Shown piece by piece: positions 7,918 through 17,683 of a stretch of 64,000 nt of DNA; within the stretch, counting starts at the first letter, position 1; each line of letters starts with the position of its first letter. Below the pieces are notes generated by a model. That model saw nothing but the letters and a program-made list of their open reading frames with translations. It was not told where the DNA came from and did no database searches. The position numbers and the translations under genes are program-made. The stretch comes from Pseudomonadota bacterium (GTDB taxonomy: Bacteria > Myxococcota_A > UBA796 > SXON01): positions 8,938 through 72,937 of the forward strand of contig SXON01000240.1 in the NCBI GenBank assembly GCA_005778355.1, written 5' to 3'.

Positions 7918-7989
7918 TCATCGCTTGCGACGGCGCACGGTGCTACCCATCCCCACCGAGCCAGGCGAGCAAGCAACGAGCAACCACAT
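7918..7989 (-). pseudogene. Orphan lipoprotein signal-peptide remnant (MWLLVACSPGSVGMGSTVRRRKR*)
   Basis: A 23-codon ORF whose first 10 codons and upstream ~60 bp parallel the start of gene A (MWMLFACAPDSV). It terminates immediately afterwards. Confidence 0.45.
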
Positions 7990-8049
7990 CCCCGCAAGAC
8001 ACCCCCTTGCCCCTCCCTCCGTGCCCTCTGTGCGAGCCACTCTTGCCCC
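7965..8049. repeat. Leader/promoter segment, copy 2 (partner of 7545..7637)
   Basis: See 7545..7637. Confidence 0.7.
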
Positions 8050-8156
8050 GCGTCACCACCCCGTCTCAACCCCGCCCCGCTCGCCACAAAAAAAGACCTT
8101 GCAGATTCTTCACGCCCGGGTGTATACGCCGCCTCCCCAAAAACACGGTGCTCCGT

Positions 8157-11129
8157 ATGCGCTCTTTCTACCTCCACTTCGCCCTCCTCGCCGCCGGCTG
8201 TCTCGCCGAGACCGAGGGCCAGACCCTCTACGTCGTGGGCCCCCACAGCGAAATTGACGACCCCGCCGCGATGCGCGGCATGGCCTACGCCACCACCATC
8301 CAGGACGCGATCGACGCGGCCGCCTCGGGCGACACGGTGAGCGTGGCCGCCGGCACCTACTCCGAGGACATCACCCTGAAGGACGGCGTCACCGTCACGG
8401 GCGCCGGGCAGGGCCAGTCCTACCTCTACGGCACCGTCATTCACGGCTCGGGCACCGCCACCATCAAGTCCTTCTCGATGGTCGACCCCACCTACGTGTC
8501 GAGCGGCACGCGCTACAGCGACTACGGCATCTACGTGTCCGGCGGAACTCTCGTGGCCGAAGACATGGGCGTCCACTACTACAACGTGGGCATCTACGCC
8601 GACGCGGCCACCGCCGTCACCATCAACGACTCGCTCCTCTCCTACAACTGGTACGGCGCGGGCACCACCTCGTCGAGCAACTTCACGCTGACGAACAGCC
8701 TCGTGGGCAGTAACGCCGCCGGCGGCGTGTACGTGCAGGGCGGCACCAACACCACCATCACCTACAACGACTTCATCGCCAACGCCTACGCCGCGACCAG
8801 CGCCTACCTCGTGGGCGCCATCGCCTACGCGAGCACCACCGGTAGCGGCCACGTGATGGCCAACAACATCGTGGTGTCGAACTACTATGGCGTCGACTGC
8901 TACAGTTGCTCGCTCACCCAACGCAACAACCTCGTGTGGGGCAACACCACCGACTACACCAACGACGCGGCGGCAGACAGCTCCGAGCTCGCGGTCGACC
9001 CGCTCTTCGAGGCCGCCAGCGAGGGAAACTTCAAGCTCACCGCCACCTCGCCCTGTATCGACGCCGGCAGCAACAGCTACGGCCACGCGAGCGACAGCGA
9101 CGGCGAGACCCGCCCCCAGGGCGCCGGCTACGACATCGGCATGGACGAGTACGCGTCGTCGTCCTACAGCCTGATCATCTCCGAGGTGATGGCCAACCCG
9201 CTCACCGAGTCCACGCAGGAGTTCGTGGAGATCTACAACGCGGGCACGGCCTCCGTGGACCTCGCCGGCTTCCAGCTCACCGACGGCGACGAGGTCGACA
9301 CCTTGCAGGCCTTCGGCAGCTCCGCCACCACGCTCGCCCCGGGCGAGTACGCGGTGGTGCTCGACCCCGAGTACGTGTCTGGCTACACCATCGACGCGAG
9401 TGTCACGCTCCTCACCACCGGCGACACCGAGGTGGGCAACGGCCTGACCACGGGCGACCCGGTCAAGCTCATGGAGACCGACGGCACCACCGTGGCCGCC
9501 ACCATGAGCTACCCGAAAGACCCCGGCAATGGTGTCTCGCTCGAGATGATCGACCTCGACACCGGCGACGCCGCCGGCAACTGGCGCGCGTCCTCCTGCG
9601 CGGACGAGTCGTCCCCCGGCGCCGAGCACTGCTTCCCGGAAACGGCGGATCCGGCCGTGCTCGTCATCACCGAGGTGATGGCCAACCCGGCCAACGAGTA
9701 CACCGGCGAGTACGTCGAGATCTACAACCCGAGTCCGCTCGAGGTCGACGCGTCCGGTCTGATTCTCCGCGACAACGCCTCGTCCGACACCCTGGTAGGC
9801 TTCCAGAGCGGGAGCACCTTGATCGGCGCGGGCGAGCACGCGGTGGTGGTCGATCCCGGCTACACCTACGATTACTACCTGCCCTCCGACATCGTGCTGC
9901 TCACCACGGGCGACGCGACGCTCGGCAACGGCATTAGCACGCGCGACAGCGTGTACCTCTACCAGGCTGACGGCGCCACGCTCATCGACAGCTACACCGC
10001 CATCCGCGACCCGGGTGACAGCTACTCGGTGGAGAAGGTGCTCTACGACGTGGGCAACGTGCTCGGCAACTGGCAGTCCTCCACCACCACCTGCGCCCGC
10101 GGCCGCTCGCCCGGCCGCCTCAACGGCAGCCAGTCCGGTATCTGCGAGCCGCTCATGATCACCGAGGTGATGAGCAACCCGCTGGATGAAGACACCGGCG
10201 AGTTCATCGAGATCTACAACGCGGGCAGCAACGACGTGGATCTCTCGGGCCTGATGCTCTCCGACGGCGACGAGGACGACACCATCCAGAGCTACGACGG
10301 CGGCACGACCGTGCTCCCGGCCGGGAGCTTCGCGGTGGTCGTAGACAGCGAGTACGCCGACGAGTACAGCATCCCCGCCGATGCCATCGTGGTGACGCTC
10401 TCCAACTCTACGCTGGGTAACGCGCTGAGTGTCACCGAGGAAGTGTACCTCTACGAGGCCGACGGCGAGCACATGGTCGACGCGCACATCTACCCAATCA
10501 ACGCGGGCAACGGCACCAGCACCGAGCGCGTGGCCATCGCCGGGAGCCTCGATAGCTCCAGCAACTGGCTCGCCTCGACCTGTGGCTCGGGCTCCTCGCC
10601 CGGCGACGACAACTGCGTGAGCACCGGCTCCTCCGGCTCCTCCACCTCCACCTACGACCTGCTCATCACCGAGGTGATGGCCAACCCGCTGGATGAGACC
10701 ACGGGCGAATTCGTGGAGATCTACAACAACGGCAGCACGGCCGTCGACCTGCTCTACATGGTGATCTGGGACGGCGACGCCCTCGACACCATCTTCGGCT
10801 TCTACGACATCTACGACACCGTGCTCGACCCGGGCGAGTACGCCGTCATCCTGGACAGCAACTACGCCGGCGAGTACACCCTCCCGAGCGGCGCGCTGTG
10901 GCTCACCGCCGACGACACCAACATCGGCTCCGGTCTCGCCACCAACGACCCGATCTCCTTCTACGAGTCCGATGGCGTGGCGCTGATCGACACCTTCAGC
11001 TTCCCCACCGACCCGGGCAACGGCACGAGCATCGTGCGTGTCGACCTGGCCACGGGCGACGTGTCGACCAACTGGACCTCCTCCTCCTGCTCGTCGGGCT
11101 CCTCGCCCGGCGGCTCTACCTGCCCCTAG
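8157..11129 (+). CDS. Lipoprotein with right-handed parallel beta-helix domain followed by four lamin-tail domains (LTD)
   Basis: The ATG at 8157 gives MRSFYLHFALLAAG|C. The beta-helix region contains ASGDTVSVAAGTYSEDITL and NNLVWGN. There are four LTD-type repeats: ISEVMANPL..EFVEIYNAG, ITEVMANPA..EYVEIYNPS, ITEVMSNPL..EFIEIYNAG and ITEVMANPL..EFVEIYNNG. Upstream in-frame codons in the track ORF are Arg/Pro-rich and lack support. Confidence 0.75.
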   Translation: MRSFYLHFALLAAGCLAETEGQTLYVVGPHSEIDDPAAMRGMAYATTIQDAIDAAASGDTVSVAAGTYSEDITLKDGVTVTGAGQGQSYLYGTVIHGSGTATIKSFSMVDPTYVSSGTRYSDYGIYVSGGTLVAEDMGVHYYNVGIYADAATAVTINDSLLSYNWYGAGTTSSSNFTLTNSLVGSNAAGGVYVQGGTNTTITYNDFIANAYAATSAYLVGAIAYASTTGSGHVMANNIVVSNYYGVDCYSCSLTQRNNLVWGNTTDYTNDAAADSSELAVDPLFEAASEGNFKLTATSPCIDAGSNSYGHASDSDGETRPQGAGYDIGMDEYASSSYSLIISEVMANPLTESTQEFVEIYNAGTASVDLAGFQLTDGDEVDTLQAFGSSATTLAPGEYAVVLDPEYVSGYTIDASVTLLTTGDTEVGNGLTTGDPVKLMETDGTTVAATMSYPKDPGNGVSLEMIDLDTGDAAGNWRASSCADESSPGAEHCFPETADPAVLVITEVMANPANEYTGEYVEIYNPSPLEVDASGLILRDNASSDTLVGFQSGSTLIGAGEHAVVVDPGYTYDYYLPSDIVLLTTGDATLGNGISTRDSVYLYQADGATLIDSYTAIRDPGDSYSVEKVLYDVGNVLGNWQSSTTTCARGRSPGRLNGSQSGICEPLMITEVMSNPLDEDTGEFIEIYNAGSNDVDLSGLMLSDGDEDDTIQSYDGGTTVLPAGSFAVVVDSEYADEYSIPADAIVVTLSNSTLGNALSVTEEVYLYEADGEHMVDAHIYPINAGNGTSTERVAIAGSLDSSSNWLASTCGSGSSPGDDNCVSTGSSGSSTSTYDLLITEVMANPLDETTGEFVEIYNNGSTAVDLLYMVIWDGDALDTIFGFYDIYDTVLDPGEYAVILDSNYAGEYTLPSGALWLTADDTNIGSGLATNDPISFYESDGVALIDTFSFPTDPGNGTSIVRVDLATGDVSTNWTSSSCSSGSSPGGSTCP

Positions 11130-11139
11130 GAATACGACA

Positions 11140-12168
11140 ATGCGCTTCCTCCTCCTCTGCCTCGCCGCCTGCCCCAGCGGCGACGACACCGCCAAGGATG
11201 GCGACACCGAGGTCGGCCACGACTCCGGCAACGACACCGGCGACGATACCGGGACCGATACCGACACCGATACCGGCGACGACACCGCCGTCGACACCGG
11301 CGACGACACTGGCGAGCTGCCCCCGCCGGAGCTCGTTGCCATCGAGTGGACCACGCTCCCCGCCACCGACATCACGACGCGCGACACCCTCGCCCTGCAG
11401 GTGACGGCCTCGTTCAGTGACGGCAGCAGCACCGACGCCTCGGCGATGGTGAGCTACGTCTCGAGCGACGAGATGGTGCTCAAGGTCTATGAGCCCGGCG
11501 TGGGCCAGCCCATCTGGGCGGGCAGCGTCACGGTCACCGCCACGCTCGAGGGCCACGAGCTCTCCGCGACGGCAAACGTCACGCTCGCCAGCGCCACCAC
11601 GGGCGACCTCGTGTTCAACGAGGTGCTCGCCGACGGCACCGTCGACGGCGACCCCAACGGCGACGGCAACCCCGACGCCGTGGAAGACGAGTTCGTGGAG
11701 ATCGCCAACGCGTCGGACGTGACGGTCGACCTCTCGGGCTACACGTTGGTGGAGGAAGACCTCTACTACCTGCCGCGCCACACCTTCGCCGAGGGCACGG
11801 TGCTCCGCGCCGGCGAGGCGATCGTCGTGTTCGGCGGTGGGGACACCTCGAGCCTGGCGCCCACCAACTGCACCGCCGTGGTGGCGGTCAACGGCGACTC
11901 GGCGCTCGAATACGGCCTCGCGCTCAACAACGAGGGCGAGAACATGTCGCTGGTCGATACCGCGGGCACCACGGTGGCGGGCTTCGCCTACGGCGACGGC
12001 ACCGACATCGAGGCCATTGAGGACGCGAGCTACGTGCTCAGTCCCGAGGTGTACGGCACCGACTACACGCACCACACCTACGCGACCGGCAGCACCGGCG
12101 ACTTTTCCGCCTGCGCCTACGTCGATGGCACCGCCTACGCGGGCCACGACGCGCGCTACTCCCCGTAG
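11140..12168 (+). CDS. Lipoprotein with Big_2-like Ig domain and one lamin-tail domain
   Basis: The ATG at 11140 gives MRFLLLCLAA|C, followed by a D/T/G-rich linker, an Ig-like segment (TLALQVTASFSDGSSTD...VTVTATLEG) and an LTD (VFNEVLADG...EFVEIANAS). Confidence 0.65.
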   Translation: MRFLLLCLAACPSGDDTAKDGDTEVGHDSGNDTGDDTGTDTDTDTGDDTAVDTGDDTGELPPPELVAIEWTTLPATDITTRDTLALQVTASFSDGSSTDASAMVSYVSSDEMVLKVYEPGVGQPIWAGSVTVTATLEGHELSATANVTLASATTGDLVFNEVLADGTVDGDPNGDGNPDAVEDEFVEIANASDVTVDLSGYTLVEEDLYYLPRHTFAEGTVLRAGEAIVVFGGGDTSSLAPTNCTAVVAVNGDSALEYGLALNNEGENMSLVDTAGTTVAGFAYGDGTDIEAIEDASYVLSPEVYGTDYTHHTYATGSTGDFSACAYVDGTAYAGHDARYSP

Positions 12169-13073
12169 AGTCGCACGCTCCCCGACACCGAGGTGTTGCC
12201 CGAGAGCCGGGCGACCTGTCCCCAGGGCATCGCCACATCGGTCGCGGCGGCGCGCACGTCGACCTGCGCCCCCAGCGCGTAGCGCTCGGGGTCGGCCGGG
12301 TCGGTGGGCATGAGCGCGGCGAGCACGTCAGGGCCTACCTCCACGCGGGTGTCGTCCTCGGTGGGGAGGCAGTGCACGGCCTCGAAGATGCGACCCCCGT
12401 CCGCCATGTCCTGATTCCGCAACATCAGGCCACGGGAGAGGTCGGCGGCGGAGCTGCCCTCGGTCCACGCCACAAGGAGGGTGTCGGCCTGGGTGAGCTC
12501 AGCGTCGCCAGCAGGCTCGATCATGTTCATGGCCGGCGGCATGGTCAACGCGTCCGTCACCGAAAACGCCGGATGGGCCCCAATCCCCTCGGGGAGCACC
12601 AGATCGAGCATGCGGCCGAAGGGGAAGGTCTCGGCGGTGCATGACTCGAGCATGTACTCCACGGTGTCCTCGCCCGACGCGCGCCGGGTGAGCTCGAGCT
12701 CGCCCCACTCGTCCTCGAGGTACACGAACTCGCCGGCGTCGACATAGCCGGGCGGGTCGTAGTCCATCGCCTCCTGGGCTTCGTCCGGCTCGAAGGTGGT
12801 CACCGCGCAGGTGCCGGGCTCCTCCGCGAGCGCGATCTCGGTGCCCGCGGTGCCCTCCTGCGCGTCCTCGTCATGTTGCGAGAGCATGAAGGAGAGCCGG
12901 AGGGCGCAGTTGCCCAGCTGTGCGCCCCACTGGCTCGTCTCGAAGCGCACGTCGGCGGTGAGCTCGAACTCTGGCTCGTCGAACAACAGCACGTCGGCGG
13001 TCGGGCGCGGCGTGGCGGTGGCGAGCCCGTAGTCGTGCACCGTCTCGCAGGCCGTGATGGCGAGGATCCACAC
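12156..13073 (-). CDS. Hypothetical lipoprotein
   Basis: The GTG start gives (M)WILAITA|C. 305 aa, acidic, no recognised domain. Confidence 0.5.
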   Translation of the reverse strand: MWILAITACETVHDYGLATATPRPTADVLLFDEPEFELTADVRFETSQWGAQLGNCALRLSFMLSQHDEDAQEGTAGTEIALAEEPGTCAVTTFEPDEAQEAMDYDPPGYVDAGEFVYLEDEWGELELTRRASGEDTVEYMLESCTAETFPFGRMLDLVLPEGIGAHPAFSVTDALTMPPAMNMIEPAGDAELTQADTLLVAWTEGSSAADLSRGLMLRNQDMADGGRIFEAVHCLPTEDDTRVEVGPDVLAALMPTDPADPERYALGAQVDVRAAATDVAMPWGQVARLSGNTSVSGSVRLYGE

Positions 13074-13091
13074 CTGAGCGATTCTACACGA

Positions 13092-13661
13092 TCACGAGCC
13101 CCGGGCGCGACCGAACAAGGGCTTCGTCATCACCTGGCGAAGCACGTCGGTGCTGAGGTCTTTCTTGAGGAGATCGCTCCAGGTGGGCTCGTCGTCGACC
13201 TTCTCGACGACGGGCGGCAGCGCGGCACGGGCCACCACGGGACGCAGGGGCCGGGCGAGGCCGATGGTCGCGGCGAGGAGGTCGTGGCTGTCGGGGATGA
13301 ACGGCAAGTAGGCGTCGACCCCCCATTTTGCCTGCACGCGTTCGCGAGTGACGGTTCGCGTGGTCTCGGTGGCCCCGTACACCAGCACCCGGGTGACGGG
13401 GCACTTGAGCTTCATGTCCTTCCCGAGCTCCAGGCCGTGCGCGCCGGCTTGTCGCAAGGCGAGGATCGCGACGTCGGGAGGCTCCTGCGCCGCGGCCTCG
13501 CCGATGGCCCCGACCGCGAAAACGGCGAAGTCGTTTGCCAGGGCAGCAGCGAAATCGCGCCGCCTTGGCGTGTGGGGATCAACGAGCAGGAGGCGAGGCT
13601 GACTCACTGCGACACAGTGTCGCACCTTTGGGCGTGATGCGCAAGCGTTCTCTATGGGCAC
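13092..13661 (-). CDS. Receiver-domain-like protein (single-domain response-regulator-like)
   Basis: PRLLLVDPH...PDVAILAL...VLVYG resembles a CheY-like fold. The start codon is uncertain. Confidence 0.35.
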   Translation of the reverse strand: MPIENACASRPKVRHCVAVSQPRLLLVDPHTPRRRDFAAALANDFAVFAVGAIGEAAAQEPPDVAILALRQAGAHGLELGKDMKLKCPVTRVLVYGATETTRTVTRERVQAKWGVDAYLPFIPDSHDLLAATIGLARPLRPVVARAALPPVVEKVDDEPTWSDLLKKDLSTDVLRQVMTKPLFGRARGS

Positions 13662-13675
13662 GATAAGAAGCGCGG

Positions 13676-15067
13676 ATGCACGCCGCCAACCCCATCGAGC
13701 GCCTCGCGTTGCGCGCCACCTCCCTCGCCGAGCGGTACATGCCCGACGCCTTCGTCTTCGCGCTGGGTGCCACGCTGCTCACCCTCCTAGGCGCGCTCGG
13801 CGTCGACCCGGCGATGCGCGCGGAGCCCTCGAGGCTGGTGCTCGCGTGGGGCAACGGCTTCTGGGAACTGATCAAGTTCACCCTCCAGATGAGCATGATC
13901 GTGATCGGCGGCTACGTGCTCGCCTCCAGCCCGCCGGTGGCTCGGCTCATCGAGCGACTCGCGCGCCTGCCCCAGAGTGGCCGGGGCGCCGTGGCGCTGG
14001 TGGCCTTCGCGGCGATGATCTCGTCGCTTTTGAACTGGGGTTTCTCCCTGGTCTTCGGGGCCTTGTTCGCGCGTGCCGTGGCGCGGCGCCGGCCCGACGC
14101 TGATTACCGCGCGTTGGCGGCCTCGAGTTTCCTCGGCCTCGGCACGGTGTGGGCGCAGGGCCTCTCGGGCTCCGCAGCCTTGCAGATGGCCTCGCCGAGT
14201 TCGATGCCCAAGGCACTGGTGGAGATCGTGGGCAACCCGATCCCGCTCACCGAGACCATCTTTCGCTGGCAGTCGATGGCCTGCGTGGTGATCGAGGTGG
14301 CGGTGGTCACCCTCGTGGCGTGGCTGGCCGCGCCGGGGCCGGAGCGCGCGAAGAACGCGGCGGCGCTCGGGGTCGACCTGCGCGACGAGGCCCCCGTGGC
14401 CCCTGGCGCGATCACCCCCGGCGAACGTTTCGAACACAGCCCAGCGCTACTCTTGCCCGTGGTGCTGCTCGGTTTCGCCTACTTGTTCCTCTCGATCCGA
14501 GCGCGTTCGACCGGCGTGGCGGATGCGCTCAATGCGCTGGACTTCAACACCATCAACTTGTTCTTGCTCATGCTCGGGGGCCTCTTGCACTGGACCCCGG
14601 CGTCGCTCATGCGGGCGGTGAAAGACGCCACGCCGGCCGCGTGGGGTGTCCTGCTCCAGTTCCCCTTCTACGGCGGCATTTTCGGCGTGATGGCGGGCTC
14701 GCAGCTGAGCCACGCCATTGCCTCGGTGTTCGTGAATGCGAGCAACGCCACGCTCTACCCGGCGGTGATCGTCACCTACTCGGCGGTGCTGGGGATGTTC
14801 GTGCCGAGCGGCGGCAGCAAGTGGGTGATCGAGGCGCCCTATGTCTTGCAGGCCGCGCGCCAGCTCGGCGTGCCCGATGGCTGGATGGTGGTGTCCTACG
14901 ACCTCGGCGAGGCCATCGCCAACCTCTGCCAGCCCTTCTGGATGTTGCCCATCCTCGCGCTCCTCGGCCTGAAGGCGCGTGACATCATGGGCTTCACCTG
15001 GCTGGTCGCGATGGTGCTTTTCCCGCTTGTGCTGGTGCTGGTCACGGTTTTCTGCCCGAGTGCGTAG
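13676..15067 (+). CDS. Short-chain fatty acid transporter (AtoE-like) family membrane protein
   Basis: 463 aa and polytopic. The N-terminus (ERYMPDAFVFAL) and overall length resemble the AtoE/TIGR00366 family as I recall it. Confidence 0.55.
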   Translation: MHAANPIERLALRATSLAERYMPDAFVFALGATLLTLLGALGVDPAMRAEPSRLVLAWGNGFWELIKFTLQMSMIVIGGYVLASSPPVARLIERLARLPQSGRGAVALVAFAAMISSLLNWGFSLVFGALFARAVARRRPDADYRALAASSFLGLGTVWAQGLSGSAALQMASPSSMPKALVEIVGNPIPLTETIFRWQSMACVVIEVAVVTLVAWLAAPGPERAKNAAALGVDLRDEAPVAPGAITPGERFEHSPALLLPVVLLGFAYLFLSIRARSTGVADALNALDFNTINLFLLMLGGLLHWTPASLMRAVKDATPAAWGVLLQFPFYGGIFGVMAGSQLSHAIASVFVNASNATLYPAVIVTYSAVLGMFVPSGGSKWVIEAPYVLQAARQLGVPDGWMVVSYDLGEAIANLCQPFWMLPILALLGLKARDIMGFTWLVAMVLFPLVLVLVTVFCPSA

Positions 15068-15110
15068 TGTCGGCGCGCGCGTCGGCAGTCGGTCGTGCTA
15101 GGCTGGACCG

Positions 15111-16475
15111 ATGTGGATGCTGCTCCTCGGGTGCAATGGCTCGGCGAAGGAGGCGGTGGAGGACTCCGGCGGCGCGGGTGACTCTGGCGACGTGGATAGC
15201 GGTCGCGACAGTGGGGACGTGGGGGAGGGCGACACGGGGGACACCGGGGCCGGGTGTGTCGAGGTCCGGGACGTCGAGGGGATTCGGCTCGAGGATCCTA
15301 GTAGTATCGGGGGAGAGCTCCTCGGGGTGTCGACCACGACCCAGGGCGGGGAGCCGATGCTCGCCGTGGGGTCGCCAAGCTACGGCGTTCTCGCTCACCT
15401 CATCGCGATGCCTACGTCCTCCGCGACCAGCTTGGACGAGCTGCTCGTCGCAGATTTCCCTTCCCACGAGTCGAGTGAGCCGTACACACCCCGTGACATC
15501 GATGGCGACGGCATTCTCGACGGCGTGGCCTTCCTGATCGACTGGGAATACGAGTTCGACTACTGGTCGTACAGCCTGGACTACCGGGGTGAACTGAGAT
15601 TCGCCGCCATCAATGGCCCGGTGCTCGACGAGCCAGGCGCGACCATGAATGTCGATCTCGGGCACGTGGAGCTTCTGGACACGCTCGGCGGGCCGTGGCA
15701 AACGGCTCAAGGTGGCGAGTTCGACGCAGAACCGGGGATGGACCTCCTCGTGACGGTGACCGACTGGTGGGGTGCCGCCCCCGGCTACGCCTGGCTTATC
15801 GACCCCCACGGAACGACGGGGCCGCGCGCGGTGGATCCTGGGAGCCCGAGCACGGTGGTTGCCGCCGGCGACCTCGACGGTGACGGCACCATCGACATCG
15901 TGACGACTTACCAGGGGGACGGCTACACCTGCGTGCTCGGTGTCGCTCTGGGCCCGATGGGGGACTCCATTCCGAGCGTCGCTCAGGCCGACTCAACGCT
16001 ATACACCGACTCCTGCGGTTTGACGGGCGCGGAGATTGCCCTGGGTGACGTCACCAAGGACGGCCTCGACGACATCGGTTTCGATGCCGGTGACATCCAT
16101 TTCATTGCCGGGCCCGTCCCGTACGGGAACGCCGAGGACGTGGCCTTCCTCACCCTCACGGGTTCGTCCGATGAATGCCTGATTCATGAGTATATAAGCG
16201 GGGACATTGGCGATGATGGCACCGCAGATCTCGTCGGGACATTCATGTGCACTGACGTCGCCGATCCCGAGTACGAAGACTACCGCCAACAACCCGCCGT
16301 CTATTTCGGCTACCCAGCGGGCGTCGCGACAGAGTGTGACGCCGACGTGATGTTCACGAGTCCGAACAACAGCGGAATCCTCAAGCCGACGGGTCAGGCG
16401 ATCATGCCCACCGGCGAGGTCTGGCTTTGGGAATACGACGGCACGACGAGAGGCTATTGGCTCACCGAGTTCTAA
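15111..16475 (+). CDS. FG-GAP/VCBS-repeat lipoprotein
   Basis: Signal MWMLLLG|C. Repeated calcium-binding-type motifs are present: DIDGDGILDG, GDLDGDGTIDIV, GDVTKDGLDDIG and GDIGDDGTADLV. Confidence 0.65.
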   Translation: MWMLLLGCNGSAKEAVEDSGGAGDSGDVDSGRDSGDVGEGDTGDTGAGCVEVRDVEGIRLEDPSSIGGELLGVSTTTQGGEPMLAVGSPSYGVLAHLIAMPTSSATSLDELLVADFPSHESSEPYTPRDIDGDGILDGVAFLIDWEYEFDYWSYSLDYRGELRFAAINGPVLDEPGATMNVDLGHVELLDTLGGPWQTAQGGEFDAEPGMDLLVTVTDWWGAAPGYAWLIDPHGTTGPRAVDPGSPSTVVAAGDLDGDGTIDIVTTYQGDGYTCVLGVALGPMGDSIPSVAQADSTLYTDSCGLTGAEIALGDVTKDGLDDIGFDAGDIHFIAGPVPYGNAEDVAFLTLTGSSDECLIHEYISGDIGDDGTADLVGTFMCTDVADPEYEDYRQQPAVYFGYPAGVATECDADVMFTSPNNSGILKPTGQAIMPTGEVWLWEYDGTTRGYWLTEF

Positions 16476-16605
16476 GGGCGGCCAACGCCGTGTTGCCCGC
16501 CGAGCGACGACCTCCCCTCCCGCAACACCCACAAGGCCGCGTGAACCAGAAGCCCGCCGTCGCAGCCTCCAAAGACGGCCAACGCCTCGCTCCTCGCACT
16601 CTGCA

Positions 16606-16613
16606 ATGTATCA
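16606..16613. promoter_or_regulatory. ATGTATCA motif copy (intergenic)
   Basis: Exact copy of the TGTATCA/TGATACA 7-mer that otherwise occurs only inside his genes in this window. Confidence 0.3.
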
Positions 16614-16829
16614 GGCCCGCCGGTTCATCTCGGCCTGCCGCGGCCGTTCCACCCGTCGTAACCGGAGACCACTCGAACGCCCATCGTCGCAAGCGGTCGC
16701 TCTTCGAGTGCGCAACGCCACCGAGACCGACGCCTCCGACACCGCCCACGGCACGAGCAAAGCTCCATAGTTCTCCACCCCTAGCCCCCTGTCGGCCCCC
16801 AAGGCGCGCCAAGTCGGCCCCGTCTGTGT

Positions 16830-16885
16830 ACTCAAGCAGCGACCGCTCACGACGATGTGCACTCAAGCAGCGACCGCTCACGACG
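16830..16885. repeat. Direct repeat actcaagcagcgaccgctcacgacg x2 (31-bp period) with an imperfect inverted copy at 16692..16710
   Basis: The 25-mers at 16830-16854 and 16861-16885 are identical. agcggtcgctcttcgagtg at 16692-16710 is approximately their reverse complement (about 16/19). Confidence 0.8.
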
Positions 16886-16969
16886 CCCACCCGCCGGAGA
16901 CGAACCCGCCACCGCTGAGTCACCCCGGCGCCCTCGCGGCCACCCCGCCCAGAGCGCGCCCCCCGCCAT

Positions 16970-17683
16970 TCAAGCTTCGTAGCAATTGTTCCCCGAGTCC
17001 GGCGGCACCTCGGTGGTCACTGGCGACTCGCCGCCCTGGTACTCCGGGTCCACCAGCATCTCGAAAACCAGCGGGCTGCCCACGTTGCAGTCGGCCGCGA
17101 TCTTCGGCTCGCCCGAGCCGTCCACCTCTGGCGTCCAGGACTGGAGCACCACCACGCGGTACACGTCGCCCTGCATCACCACCCGCCCAGGTTCCCCCGG
17201 CAAGAGCTCCACGTCGCCCTCGTCGGTGGCGAAGATCGCCGGGCGCACCTCGGCCACCATGCCGTCGACGGTCGCCACGCCCACTGGTTCGCCGTGTCGC
17301 GCGAAGCCCGCCCCGAAGTAGTCCTCGGCCAGGGTGCCGCCCCCGATCGCATCGTAGAGGTAGGTGACACTGTCGCCGCCGTCGATGCCGCGCGAGTCGA
17401 CCGCCACCCACCAGAGGTCGCCGTTCGAATCGTTGGCCCCCACGTCGAGCACGGCCGCACTCCCGTCGAGCCGCCCGAGATCCGCCCCCGTCGGGGTAGT
17501 CACCACCACGCTCGACTGGTTGTCGCCCACCGTCCAACTCCCCTCCCCCTCGGCCGAGATGTCGAGGTCGGGGCCCATCCCCTCCGTGAAGGGATCGGAC
17601 ACCGCCACGCTCGGCAACAACTGCTCGACAGGGAACTCCGGCAGGGCAGGCTCGCAGGCCACCAGCAACGCGAAGACGATCAT
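16970..17683 (-). CDS. Hypothetical lipoprotein
   Basis: The ATG at 17683 is preceded by AAGGAG. Signal MIVFALLVA|C. The upstream part of the 442-aa track ORF is antisense to hisH and was rejected. Confidence 0.6.
   Translation of the reverse strand: MIVFALLVACEPALPEFPVEQLLPSVAVSDPFTEGMGPDLDISAEGEGSWTVGDNQSSVVVTTPTGADLGRLDGSAAVLDVGANDSNGDLWWVAVDSRGIDGGDSVTYLYDAIGGGTLAEDYFGAGFARHGEPVGVATVDGMVAEVRPAIFATDEGDVELLPGEPGRVVMQGDVYRVVVLQSWTPEVDGSGEPKIAADCNVGSPLVFEMLVDPEYQGGESPVTTEVPPDSGNNCYEA

Noticed and set aside
7515-11432. 1305-aa ORF on the minus strand, the longest ORF in the window
   Set aside because: It lies entirely antisense to the well-supported LTD lipoprotein genes. Its translation is low-complexity (Gly/Val/Ala/Arg/His-rich) with no motifs. 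This is a typical shadow ORF of high-GC DNA.
16427-16923. 163-aa, 153-aa and 83-aa ORFs filling the 494-bp spacer
   Set aside because: They overlap each other on both strands, lack RBS and start context, and translate to Arg/Pro/Ala-rich low-complexity sequence. The region is better treated as non-coding and repeat-containing.
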